Source: a virus. From it: DNA of 64,000 bases. The notes under the pieces were generated by a model, which did no database searches, was not told the DNA's origin, and worked only from the letters and a program-made list of their open reading frames with translations. A program made the translations under genes and the position numbers. Positions within the stretch are counted from its first letter, which is position 1. The number at the start of each line of letters is the position of its first letter. This document shows, in pieces, positions 54,534 to 63,633 of this stretch. The stretch is from positions 422 to 64,421 of IMG/VR virus record IMGVR_UViG_3300028584_000287; one strand, written 5' to 3'.

Positions 54534-56682
54534 AATGCAGCATGACCCGTTAGCTGAAAAGCTAACCCGAGTCTTCTGTGCCAAAACGCAAAATGATAGC
54601 CCTTCTTTTTACCGACTGCTTGTAGCTTACAACTTCTGTAAAGTGGCATCTATGATGCGGGTATCAATCAATACCCATGACCGTGGAATTATACCGGTAA
54701 ACTGTTACGCCATTAACCTTGGCTCATCAGGTTTCGGTAAAGGCCACTCAACCAATATCATGGAAGACATGGTACTTGGCGAGTTCCGTGAAACATTCTT
54801 AACAGATGTTTTCCCACTTGAAGCAGAAATGAGCTTACGTCGTCTTGCTACTAAGCGAGCCATCAAGAATAGCTCTGAAGAAGAAGACGAGCTAGAAAAG
54901 GCTATGACAGAGTTTGACGCTCTGGGGCCACTACCTTTCGCCTTCGATAGCGGAACAGCTCCTGCTTTGAAACAGATACGTCAAAAGCTACTTATGGCCA
55001 ATGCTGGTGCATTGTGTCTTGAGATGGACGAGCTTGGAACCAACTTAGTAGGTAATGCTGAACTGTTCGGACCACTCCTTGAGTTGTATGACGTAGGTAA
55101 GATCAAACAAAAAATTACCAAACAGACATCAGAATCTAAACGTTCTGAAGATCTGAACGGTAAAACTCCTGCCAACATGATGCTGTACGGTACTCCGTCA
55201 AAGTTATTTGATGGTGCTAGTACTGAACGCTATTTCATGGAGTTCGTTGAAACTGGTTTCGGTCGTCGTTGCTTCTTTGGCCTGTCGTACATTACCAAAG
55301 ATTTAACCAACATCACTGCAGAAGATTTGTATAACAAGCTTACTGCTATTGATGCTGACCAAGTATTAACTGAAGTATCCGCTCGATTAGCTACCTTAGC
55401 TGATCCAGTAAACTTTGGTGCTGTAATTGAAATGAGCCGTGAAGTAAACATCATGGTTCTGGACTACAAGCTTCAGTGTGAACGTACTTCATTGACGTTA
55501 CCGGAGCATGAAGAAATGAAGCGAGCAGAAATGCAGCATCGTTACTTTAAAGCTCTTAAATACGCTGGTGCACTGGCTTTCGTACACAACAGTAGTGAGA
55601 TATTACCTGAGCATTTATATGCTGGTATACGCCTTGCAGAGGACTCTGGTGACGCATTTGCCCGTATCCTTAAGCGTGAACGTAACTACATTCGTTTAGC
55701 CAAGTATTTGGCTGAGAAAGATGAAGAGGTTACCCACCCAGAACTGTTGGAAGATTTATCTTTCTATCCATCAGGTGCAGGTGCTCGAGCAGAAATGCTT
55801 AACCTTGCAATCTCATGGGGATACAAGAACAACATCGTTATCCGCAAACGTTACAGTGAGCAGATTGAGTTCCTTAAAGGTGAAGCTCTCAAGCATACCG
55901 ATATGAACGATATGATTGTTGCTTTCAGTGATGACTACGCAGCCAACTATGGTGCAGCTACGCTGCCATTTGTGAAGGATAATGAAGATTCAATTCTGAC
56001 ACTTGTTCAGGAACATGGACTTCACTTCACGAATCACTATATGAAGAATGACCATCGTAAATTAGAGAACGTCATTCCGGGCTTTAACATGGTAGTGTTT
56101 GATGTAGATGGTACTGCATACTTACAGGATGCAATAACCCTGCTAGATAAGTATAACTACATTATCTACACAACCAAGTCACACACAGACGAAGCACACC
56201 GTTACCGTATTGTGTTACCTATCTCCCACGTATTACACTTAGACCGCGAAACATATTTGCAGTTCATTAAGAACATCGTAGATACGTTACCGTTTGAAGT
56301 AGATACCGCAAGCCAACCTGAACGTAAGTGGGCTTGTAATCGTGGCGATGTATATTACCAAATGGATCGTGAGCTATTTGATGTTATGCCATTCATACCG
56401 GACACAAGCCGTAATGAACAACGTCAGAAGTACATGGCTTCAGAAGGTAACCTGACCAATCTGGAACGTTGGTTCGTTAACAACACTGGTGATGGTAATC
56501 GCAATAACCAATTGTACAAGTTTGGCGTAGCCTGCTTGGATATGGGCTATGCAATCCAAGATACCAAAGCTGCTGTTGCTGAGCTTAATAGCAAACTGAA
56601 AGATGCTATTACGCTATCAGAGCTAACGAAAACAATTTTCAAATCGCTTGATGCCAAAGCTAAATCATTAGGAATTGTATGA
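54517..56682 (+). CDS. Primase/replication protein (N4 gp43-like)
   Basis: SGFGKGHS, FDSGTAPALKQ, FDVDG, YTTKSHT, HRYRIVLP, GNRNNQL. Confidence 0.88.
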   Translation: MIPIIEMQHDPLAEKLTRVFCAKTQNDSPSFYRLLVAYNFCKVASMMRVSINTHDRGIIPVNCYAINLGSSGFGKGHSTNIMEDMVLGEFRETFLTDVFPLEAEMSLRRLATKRAIKNSSEEEDELEKAMTEFDALGPLPFAFDSGTAPALKQIRQKLLMANAGALCLEMDELGTNLVGNAELFGPLLELYDVGKIKQKITKQTSESKRSEDLNGKTPANMMLYGTPSKLFDGASTERYFMEFVETGFGRRCFFGLSYITKDLTNITAEDLYNKLTAIDADQVLTEVSARLATLADPVNFGAVIEMSREVNIMVLDYKLQCERTSLTLPEHEEMKRAEMQHRYFKALKYAGALAFVHNSSEILPEHLYAGIRLAEDSGDAFARILKRERNYIRLAKYLAEKDEEVTHPELLEDLSFYPSGAGARAEMLNLAISWGYKNNIVIRKRYSEQIEFLKGEALKHTDMNDMIVAFSDDYAANYGAATLPFVKDNEDSILTLVQEHGLHFTNHYMKNDHRKLENVIPGFNMVVFDVDGTAYLQDAITLLDKYNYIIYTTKSHTDEAHRYRIVLPISHVLHLDRETYLQFIKNIVDTLPFEVDTASQPERKWACNRGDVYYQMDRELFDVMPFIPDTSRNEQRQKYMASEGNLTNLERWFVNNTGDGNRNNQLYKFGVACLDMGYAIQDTKAAVAELNSKLKDAITLSELTKTIFKSLDAKAKSLGIV

Positions 56683-57407
56683 ACCCAAACATAATTCTAA
56701 TTGGGGGCGAATCAGGGGCAGGTAAATCTGCCTCTCTTCGTAATATCCCTGAACCAGAAGGTGTAATGTTCTTGAACGCAGAGGCCAACAAGTCTCTGCC
56801 ATTCAAAGGTGGTAAGAAGTTCTGGGCTATCACTATCACAGACCCTTACCAGATCCACGAAGCTTTCTTAGCTGCGGAAGAAGATGAAACTGTTCATACC
56901 ATTGTGTTGGATACCATCACAATGACAATGGATATGTTTGAGACTATCTACGTTAATGGTGCTCATGATACCCAGAAACAATGGGGCGAGTACCATCAGT
57001 TTTTCTTAAAGCTGATGAACGATTACGCAGCTAAGTCTACCAAACGAATCATCGTATTGGCTCACGTAGATCCAGTTATCAATGAAGAGAAAGGTATTAC
57101 CGAAACCAAGGTTCAGGTAAAAGGTGCTTTAAAAACTCGTGGAGTAGAGGCATACTTTAACACGATAGTCTTTGCTAAGTGTATGCCTGTCAAAAAACTT
57201 GCCAAGTACCAAAATGATCTTTTGAGGATCACGGAACGGGAAGAGATTGACGGGTTCAAGTACGTTTTCCAAACCCAAAAAACGAAAGAAACAACAGGTG
57301 ATCGCATCCGTGCTCCAATGGAAATGTGGGAACCTAGTGAAACATACATTGATAACGATGTGGAATTAGTTTTCACACGTATCGCTGAACTCCAAGAATC
57401 TGATTAA
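56679..57407 (+). CDS. Sak4/AAA_24-like ATPase (N4 gp44-like)
   Basis: GESGAGKSASLRN, IVLDTIT, GVEAYF. Confidence 0.85.
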   Translation: MNPNIILIGGESGAGKSASLRNIPEPEGVMFLNAEANKSLPFKGGKKFWAITITDPYQIHEAFLAAEEDETVHTIVLDTITMTMDMFETIYVNGAHDTQKQWGEYHQFFLKLMNDYAAKSTKRIIVLAHVDPVINEEKGITETKVQVKGALKTRGVEAYFNTIVFAKCMPVKKLAKYQNDLLRITEREEIDGFKYVFQTQKTKETTGDRIRAPMEMWEPSETYIDNDVELVFTRIAELQESD

Positions 57408-57426
57408 TTAAACAAGGTAATTCCAA

Positions 57427-58272
57427 ATGTCATTATTAAACCGCGTTAAACGTTCTAACACTGCTGTTGTTGAAGAGAAAGACTCATTAGGTGGTCGTAA
57501 GGTATTTGAAACTAACGTTTACCCGTTAGAGATCAAAGAAGCTTTCATCTTCGTTAACGACAATGGTTCTACCGGTGTCACTGTATCTGGTAAGTTTGAG
57601 TCAGGTGACTCATACGAAACTACCCTGTGGATTGGCGACAAGAAGGGTAACAACTTCTACGTTGACAAGAAAACCAAACAGGAAAAACTGTTACCAGCTT
57701 ACATCCAGTTCAATACCATGTGTGAGCTAATCGTAGGCTTCGGTCTAGAAGACGAAGACAATGAACTGGCTACAACTGAAAAAGTTGCCAAGATGGGTGA
57801 CAAAAACCGTACAGTCGAATACATCGACGACTTTGCTGGTGCGACCATTCTGATTGCTTTAGAAAAGCAGAAGAAAAACAAATCAGTTAAAGTTGGCGAA
57901 GGTAAAGCTGCCAAGTACGAACCAACGGCTGAGATCGTGTTCGAAAACGAACTGGTTAAAGTGTTCAGTGCTGACAAGGACTCATACGGTTACACACTGA
58001 ATGAGTCACTGGCTGAAGCCCCTGAAGCTGAGTTCATGGCCAAGTGGTTAGAGAAGAACCAAGGTAAAGAAATCGACCGTTACAAGCCTGTAGCAGGTGA
58101 CGCAGGTGGTTCTGCAGTTCCAGCTAAAACTGGTTTAGCTGCCCGTCGTCCAATCACTAAAGCTGCTCCAGCAGCCGCAGCTGACGAAGACGAAGTGGAA
58201 GAAGAACAGGAAGAAGAGCAAGAAGAAGCTCCAAAAGCTGCACCAGCTCGTCGTACCTTCACTCGCAAGTAA
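57427..58272 (+). CDS. Single-stranded DNA-binding protein (N4 gp45-like)
   Basis: EEKDSLGG N-terminus, acidic tail, basic C-terminus RRTFTRK; synteny. Confidence 0.82.
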   Translation: MSLLNRVKRSNTAVVEEKDSLGGRKVFETNVYPLEIKEAFIFVNDNGSTGVTVSGKFESGDSYETTLWIGDKKGNNFYVDKKTKQEKLLPAYIQFNTMCELIVGFGLEDEDNELATTEKVAKMGDKNRTVEYIDDFAGATILIALEKQKKNKSVKVGEGKAAKYEPTAEIVFENELVKVFSADKDSYGYTLNESLAEAPEAEFMAKWLEKNQGKEIDRYKPVAGDAGGSAVPAKTGLAARRPITKAAPAAAADEDEVEEEQEEEQEEAPKAAPARRTFTRK

Positions 58273-58290
58273 TAGTAATTTCTGAAATAC

Positions 58291-58316
58291 TAGCCCTCTT
58301 TATGAGGGCTTTTTTA
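58291..58316 (+). terminator. Terminator after SSB
   Basis: AGCCCTC-TTTAT-GAGGGCT plus T run. Confidence 0.75.
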
Positions 58317-58329
58317 TTGAGGAAATTCT

Positions 58330-58899
58330 ATGTCGGAAATAATCATATTAGGTGTTGACCCTGCATTATCCAATGTTGGCATTGCCATGGCATCTATTAA
58401 CTTAGATGACAGTACGTTGGAAATGGAGCGTATTCACTTAGTACAAACTGAGTCAACCAAAACTAAATCCGTAAGGGTTAACAGTGATGACTTAGAAAGA
58501 GCAAGAGTAATCTGGAAAGATCTTAAACCGTTTGTAGATCTTGCTGATGTAATAGCAGTAGAGTTACCTGTAGGTTCTCAATCTGCTAGAGCAATGGCTA
58601 GTTACGGTATATGTATCGGTTTGTTTGCTACGGTGAATAAACCTTTAATCCAAGTTACTGCGAAGCAGGTAAAGTCAGTGACAGGTAATCCTAATGCTTC
58701 TAAAGCACAAATGATTAAGTACGCTAGTACTGAATTCCCTGAGTTACCATGGCTTACCAAAACACAAAAAGGTGTAACAACCTTAGTAGATAAGAATGAA
58801 CATATAGCAGATGCTATAGGTGCAGTCTTAGCTTCCCTTGAAACCGATGAGTTTCGTTTAATTGAAAATTCCAGAAACCCTGTAAGGAAGAACAAATGA
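58330..58899 (+). CDS. RuvC-like Holliday junction resolvase
   Basis: ILGVDPALSNVG, VELPVGSQ, ASKAQMI, NEHIADA. Confidence 0.88.
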   Translation: MSEIIILGVDPALSNVGIAMASINLDDSTLEMERIHLVQTESTKTKSVRVNSDDLERARVIWKDLKPFVDLADVIAVELPVGSQSARAMASYGICIGLFATVNKPLIQVTAKQVKSVTGNPNASKAQMIKYASTEFPELPWLTKTQKGVTTLVDKNEHIADAIGAVLASLETDEFRLIENSRNPVRKNK

Positions 58900-59318
58900 A
58901 GATCACTTTAACAAACGCTGATGTAACCGTAGCTATCCAAGACTATATCAGCAAACAATTGCCTGCCCTTGCTTCACAAGAAATCGCTTTGGAATACACC
59001 TTATCTCGCGGTGTAATGCCACAGTTAAGCATCGACCTGCATATTGGTGCAGATGCCCAAGTATTCTTGGACAGCCGTACTAAAGCAGCTGTAGGTACTT
59101 CTGAAGTAGCACCAGCTCCAACAGCTTCGGTTGTACGCAGCCCACGCACTGTTGCCCCTAAAGTTAAAGCTGAAGAACAGCTTGATTTGGAAGTGGACGT
59201 AGATGCTGATGAACCAGCTGAAGAAACTATCGAAGCTGATGATACCGTTGCACAAGCTGAGCCAGAAGTAGAAGTTGAGGTTGTAAAACCTAAACGTACC
59301 TTCGCTCGTAAAGTCTAA
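58896..59318 (+). CDS. Hypothetical protein with an acidic tail
   Basis: MKITLTNADVTVAIQDYI; C-terminal PKRTFARKV similar to the SSB tail. Confidence 0.65.
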   Translation: MKITLTNADVTVAIQDYISKQLPALASQEIALEYTLSRGVMPQLSIDLHIGADAQVFLDSRTKAAVGTSEVAPAPTASVVRSPRTVAPKVKAEEQLDLEVDVDADEPAEETIEADDTVAQAEPEVEVEVVKPKRTFARKV

Positions 59319-59328
59319 GGGGAATTCC

Positions 59329-59778
59329 ATGCTAGGTTTCTTTAAAAAGAAAGTCGTTAAGCAGATGGACCAGATCAAAAAGTTTGAGCGTAAAGATCTG
59401 GCAGAAGCAGCTATTGGTGCAGCGGTATTATTAGCTGCCGCAGACAATGGTGTATCTGATGAAGAAGTGATTACTATTATGGGCTTGGTCCAGAATATGG
59501 ATCAGTTCAAACATCACCAATCTGAAATTGAAACAATGATTACCAAGTACACCGGTCTTCTGAAATCGGGCTTCTTAGTTGGTAAAATTACCATCATGCG
59601 CGAAATCGCAGATGTTAAAGGCAACGAAGAAGAAATCGAAGACGTACTTGCTATCGCTGTAACCATCGCTGGTTCAGATGGTGAATTCTCTGATAAAGAA
59701 GTTGCTTTGTTGAAGGAAATTGCTAACAAGCTTAATTTCCCTCCATCTAAGCTTGCTGCTTTCGGAGTACCTGCGTAA
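59329..59778 (+). CDS. TerB-like (tellurite-resistance family) protein
   Basis: AAVLLAAADNGVSDEE and VTIAGSDGEFSDKEVALLKEIA duplicated AxDG..E motifs. Confidence 0.82.
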   Translation: MLGFFKKKVVKQMDQIKKFERKDLAEAAIGAAVLLAAADNGVSDEEVITIMGLVQNMDQFKHHQSEIETMITKYTGLLKSGFLVGKITIMREIADVKGNEEEIEDVLAIAVTIAGSDGEFSDKEVALLKEIANKLNFPPSKLAAFGVPA

Positions 59779-59987
59779 TGAAACGAGGCATAGGTTTACT
59801 CTTATGCCTCGCTGTTGTCTTCATTGACTTCACGAGCAGATTTTTAAGCATCGCTGTAGACGCTGTATTTATGATTGCGGCCTTTTATTTATTAAATGAG
59901 TCCATTCTATCAGCCCCTAAAAGCTTCTCTACTAAGAAGGATACAGACAGTGGAAAATCAACATCGACTGATCAAGACGTACCGTGA
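59778..59987 (+). CDS. Small membrane protein following TerB
   Basis: Two hydrophobic segments around IDFTSRFLS. Confidence 0.6.
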   Translation: MKRGIGLLLCLAVVFIDFTSRFLSIAVDAVFMIAAFYLLNESILSAPKSFSTKKDTDSGKSTSTDQDVP

Positions 59988-60249
59988 CTTGAGCCAAGAA
60001 GAAATTGACCTGATGAACCAAGCTAAAACCTTGGAAGCACAGGTAGCACAATTTCATGCTAAGATCGTAAGACATGTAGAAGATACTAAGCTCACAAGCT
60101 CTCGAGAAGAGTATGAGCGTTTAACTGAAGCATGTCCTGACCGGTGGTTAGCAATTTCTCAGACACACTTTGACCAAGCATTTATGGCTATGGTTCGTGC
60201 TGTAGCTCAACCACTTCGCCCAACCTTTGAACAAAGTACAGGTGAGTAA
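59950..60249 (+). CDS. acb2: Anti-CBASS protein 2 homologue (cyclic oligonucleotide sponge)
   Basis: GTG start at 59950 with AAGGA RBS; ENQHRLIKTYRDLSQEEIDLMN...RWLAI.QT...AFMAMVRAVAQP matches the recalled PaMx33 Acb2 pattern. Confidence 0.85.
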   Translation: MENQHRLIKTYRDLSQEEIDLMNQAKTLEAQVAQFHAKIVRHVEDTKLTSSREEYERLTEACPDRWLAISQTHFDQAFMAMVRAVAQPLRPTFEQSTGE

Positions 60250-60681
60250 ATGCAAACTTACGTAGGCACTAAAATTGTTAATGCAGCCCCTATGTCCCGT
60301 GAAGAGTACAACGATTTACAGGGATGGGAAATGCCTAAAGGTCAAAATGGTGCAGATGAAGGCTACTTAGTTGAGTACGTCGGATCTGCCCCAAACCATG
60401 ATGACTTTGATAGCTATATCTCTTGGTCACCAAAAGAAGAGTTTGATAAGGCTTACCTGATTCTGAACACAGAATTAGAGCAGGATTATCAAGTTCGTAT
60501 GGTTGCAGAGTTAACCCAGCTGGAAGCCAAAGTACAAAAACTTGGTGCTTATATTACCAGCGATAAGTTCGGTGAGCTTGATCCACGTAAGGCAGACCTG
60601 TTACGTCGTCAGATGGACTACATGAATATGTATACCAGCATCCTGACGCAGCGTGTAGGCTTGGAACAGTCTGAAGAGTAA
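60250..60681 (+). CDS. Two-domain protein (YxGTK domain plus helical crAss001_48-like domain)
   Basis: N-terminal YVGTK..A.PM..EYN...GW...DEGYLVEY...YISWSPKEEF; C-terminal DYQVRMVAELTQLEAK...LLRRQMDYMNMY..IL..R. Confidence 0.65.
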   Translation: MQTYVGTKIVNAAPMSREEYNDLQGWEMPKGQNGADEGYLVEYVGSAPNHDDFDSYISWSPKEEFDKAYLILNTELEQDYQVRMVAELTQLEAKVQKLGAYITSDKFGELDPRKADLLRRQMDYMNMYTSILTQRVGLEQSEE

Positions 60682-60685
60682 TCTG

Positions 60686-60982
60686 ATGAAAACCAATGTA
60701 TCTAAGCCCATAGCATTCGAAATAGAGCACCGGAACACTGAGCAAGTAAATAACCCATACCAAAAATGGGTTCTTACGCTTGATGGTCAGATTGCTGTTA
60801 TTGATGCTTACGTAATCTGTAATGCTTATCACTTCTCCGCCCAAGTAGATCACAGTATCAAAAAGCTGTTAGCTCTTGGTGTGCGTAGTGGTGGGAAGTC
60901 TATTATTCAAGATCTGGTTGAAGCACGTAATCAATTGGATATGGAAATTACTAGACAGACTGCCTTACAAGAAGTGCGGTAG
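60686..60982 (+). CDS. DUF3310-like helical protein
   Basis: IDAYVICNAY...DHSIKKLLALGVRSGGKSIIQDLVEA. Confidence 0.6.
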   Translation: MKTNVSKPIAFEIEHRNTEQVNNPYQKWVLTLDGQIAVIDAYVICNAYHFSAQVDHSIKKLLALGVRSGGKSIIQDLVEARNQLDMEITRQTALQEVR

Positions 60983-60988
60983 AAAAAG

Positions 60989-61011
60989 GAATGCCCCTTT
61001 ACGGGGCATTC
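60989..61011. terminator. Bidirectional terminator between the converging operons
   Basis: GAATGCCCC-TTTAC-GGGGCATTC flanked by AAAA. Confidence 0.7.
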
Positions 61012-61331
61012 ATTAACAAAGTTATATTTGCATCCCTGCTAGGTCCAACTATCTCAGTACCTTCAGGTGCAGTAGCAGTAAAGATAATTACCTTCACATC
61101 ATACTTCCCCTCTGGCAATTCCAGTTTACCTAGTTTCATCATAATTTTGTTAGAAGCAAAACTAACATCAGTAGTGTCACTAGATATACTAGCCCCACCT
61201 GCCTTTACTTCCACCCTTGTAGTATTATTTTCAGCAAAAATAAAATCAGTAGTGGTCTGTGTAATCGGATCAGTTTCAGTAACACTAATCGACTCAATGT
61301 TACCTCTTCCACGGGTAGCCACTACCTTCAT
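60999..61331 (-). CDS. Small Ig/BppU-like structural protein
   Basis: 110 aa, beta-strand pattern, PEGKYDVKV; last gene of the fibre module. Confidence 0.5.
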   Translation of the reverse strand: MKVVATRGRGNIESISVTETDPITQTTTDFIFAENNTTRVEVKAGGASISSDTTDVSFASNKIMMKLGKLELPEGKYDVKVIIFTATAPEGTEIVGPSRDANITLLMNAP

Positions 61332-61332
61332 G

Positions 61333-61728
61333 TTACACCGCCGTCAATTCACGTACAAATGCCACCAGTGCAGGAATATTTACTGTATCACCGGTTTCGT
61401 TAGTGATAACACGGTTAACCGCATCCTGAACAATATAAACCTTTTGGGTTGTTGTACTGTACACAGCAACACTTAGATCGTCACCAATTACCGCTGTACC
61501 TGCCGGATCAATACCAGACTTGGCAGCTACAGTTACCTGTAGATCTTCACCTGAAGCAGCGAAAGTAATATCTGCAGGAGCAATAGCAGTGTCTGCGATA
61601 ACCTTGGTTAGAAAGGTTGCATAGCTGTCAGCTTTGACAGGGTTCTTTACTAAACCAATACGGTTAGCATCGGTAAATAGTACGTTAGGACCATAACGTT
61701 TGTAATCTGAGTGGGTAAAGTTACTCAT
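61333..61728 (-). CDS. Virion appendage subunit
   Basis: 131 aa; VTVAAKSG...G...AV.....KVY.......V....GDTVNIPA pattern. Confidence 0.55.
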   Translation of the reverse strand: MSNFTHSDYKRYGPNVLFTDANRIGLVKNPVKADSYATFLTKVIADTAIAPADITFAASGEDLQVTVAAKSGIDPAGTAVIGDDLSVAVYSTTTQKVYIVQDAVNRVITNETGDTVNIPALVAFVRELTAV

Positions 61729-61741
61729 TGAAAATCACCTT

Positions 61742-63166
61742 TTATAAATTGATACCAATAATTTTTGTTGAACTTCGTACATTAACTTGCTTGGTTACTT
61801 GTTTGATTGTAAAGCTTGGGCTTAATAATGTCACCCTTAGTTTACTCAAGTCAGCTATTCTAGTACCCACCAACAGACAATTTGTATATTGTTCTGCTTC
61901 TCTAGATACGACTGTTACAGTTGACCCTACCCGAACAGCTACCGATTCGTTTAATTGATTTACATCCACCAAACTTATTGACTGGCTATCAGGTAAATCC
62001 AATTCAACTTCTACGATCACCGCTTCCGTAGCTTGCTCTATATCGAGCATAGCTATTTCAATTTCCTGCAGTACCGCTAAGGTGGTTACGTTTAAACGTT
62101 CCTCAACAGGTGCTACAGCAATATTGTAGCCACTTCCTACACTTACCCCAACTCCTTTTAATAAACTCTCTGCGTTGCTTGTAACGATATCCTGCGGCAT
62201 CCCTGAAACCGCTAGTGGAGCTTCCCCTTTAGTTTGTGCGATATTTACAGCTACAACCTGAAGCCCAGATACTGCACCTACCGGTGAGTTACCTACTGTC
62301 TTTGATGTTGGAACTGTCACAGCTTCTTTCAGCAATACGGTACTTACCGAACCATTGGTTAAGGTATTCCCCTGACTCACACCGAAGCTTTGTCCATACA
62401 CCAATGTAACCGTATTACTTTCTAACGAAGTACTTACAGAACCTGCTGCAGACTGTTGTACACAGGCCAGTGAAACTTGCTGTCCTTGTTCTACAATTTG
62501 AACTGAGTTACCGGTAACTGTTTGCCCTAACTTAACACTTCCTAGTTCGGTTTGATGCAGTTCTTCAACAACTACACTTCCAGTACCAAACCCTTGAGTA
62601 GTACTTACACCAGAAGCATTTACAACGGTGCTTACATTAACAACTTGCACAGGTTGTTCTGTTACCGTAGCAGTATCTAGTACTATAGATACTTGTTCAG
62701 CCTCTACCGCCCCAGTTACAGAAACACAACTAACAATACTTATTGATACAATGGGTACGCTAACAGAACTATCTATGGTATTTGCAAAAAGTACTTCTAC
62801 TGTTTGACTACCATTTATAGAATGATTGCTTCCTTCAACAGCCTCACTTGTACTTGGTACATATAAAAGTTGCTGTTTAGCTATATTACCTACAACACCA
62901 TCTACTAGAGTATTTGAAGAGGTGGTTGTTATACTTGTTAATGTACTAACACTTACAGTATTTGAATTACTTACCGAGTGTACAGAGCTTACTGTTGTAT
63001 TTTGTAAACACTCTACCGATACTACAGAAGAGCTTTGTACTGCAATTTGAGCTTGGCCTACGAGTACATCTTGCGATGCACCGTTGCTCTCAGTAGCCTG
63101 ATAGGTGTAGGCTACCCCGTAAGGTAGCCCACCGAACGGACCTAGACCGTACATTGCAGCGCCCAC
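61742..63166 (-). CDS. Low-complexity V/S/T/Q-rich repeat structural protein
   Basis: 474 aa of short beta-like repeats; N-terminal MYGLGPFGGLPYG. Confidence 0.6.
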   Translation of the reverse strand: MGAAMYGLGPFGGLPYGVAYTYQATESNGASQDVLVGQAQIAVQSSSVVSVECLQNTTVSSVHSVSNSNTVSVSTLTSITTTSSNTLVDGVVGNIAKQQLLYVPSTSEAVEGSNHSINGSQTVEVLFANTIDSSVSVPIVSISIVSCVSVTGAVEAEQVSIVLDTATVTEQPVQVVNVSTVVNASGVSTTQGFGTGSVVVEELHQTELGSVKLGQTVTGNSVQIVEQGQQVSLACVQQSAAGSVSTSLESNTVTLVYGQSFGVSQGNTLTNGSVSTVLLKEAVTVPTSKTVGNSPVGAVSGLQVVAVNIAQTKGEAPLAVSGMPQDIVTSNAESLLKGVGVSVGSGYNIAVAPVEERLNVTTLAVLQEIEIAMLDIEQATEAVIVEVELDLPDSQSISLVDVNQLNESVAVRVGSTVTVVSREAEQYTNCLLVGTRIADLSKLRVTLLSPSFTIKQVTKQVNVRSSTKIIGINL

Positions 63167-63633
63167 AGGTCAGGGAGTAACTCGTACTGACCTTCATCTG
63201 GAAATGCTTTAACCAAGTCTTCAACACGATCACGCTCCCCTTGCATAAGAGAATAGTAATCCGAGAAGGCTTCAGACTTGGCCAGTACTTTCGCAATTAG
63301 GGTTTCCACAGGAATACCTCTTCTTTGGGCAATACCCAATAACATGCGTAAAGGCTTTACTCCTGTAGCTTCATCTACCTGAATAGACCAAGAAGTTTGC
63401 TCACTCTTAGGAATGGAGCTAAGAACTAGCTGTAGTTGGTTCTCCAACCATTCATTAATTTCAGCTAACTTAGCAGCCTTTTCTACAGGCCATGGGTTAT
63501 ACGACGCTATAAGAGTATTTACTTCCTCATCGGATTTGTTACAAATCCACACACCATCCCTTTCTTCTAAATAGCATTGCTGCGATGTAAGAAAATCATA
63601 CAAACTATTACCTTTATTTATGTAATTAATCAT
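63142..63633 (-). CDS. Tail fibre assembly chaperone-like protein
   Basis: PKSEQTSWSIQVDEA...LLGIAQRRG....LIAKVLAK motif; follows the fibre gene. Confidence 0.7.
   Translation of the reverse strand: MINYINKGNSLYDFLTSQQCYLEERDGVWICNKSDEEVNTLIASYNPWPVEKAAKLAEINEWLENQLQLVLSSIPKSEQTSWSIQVDEATGVKPLRMLLGIAQRRGIPVETLIAKVLAKSEAFSDYYSLMQGERDRVEDLVKAFPDEGQYELLPDLWALQCTV

Noticed and set aside
59025-59447. 140-aa minus-strand ORF
   Set aside because: It is antisense to two well-supported plus-strand genes.
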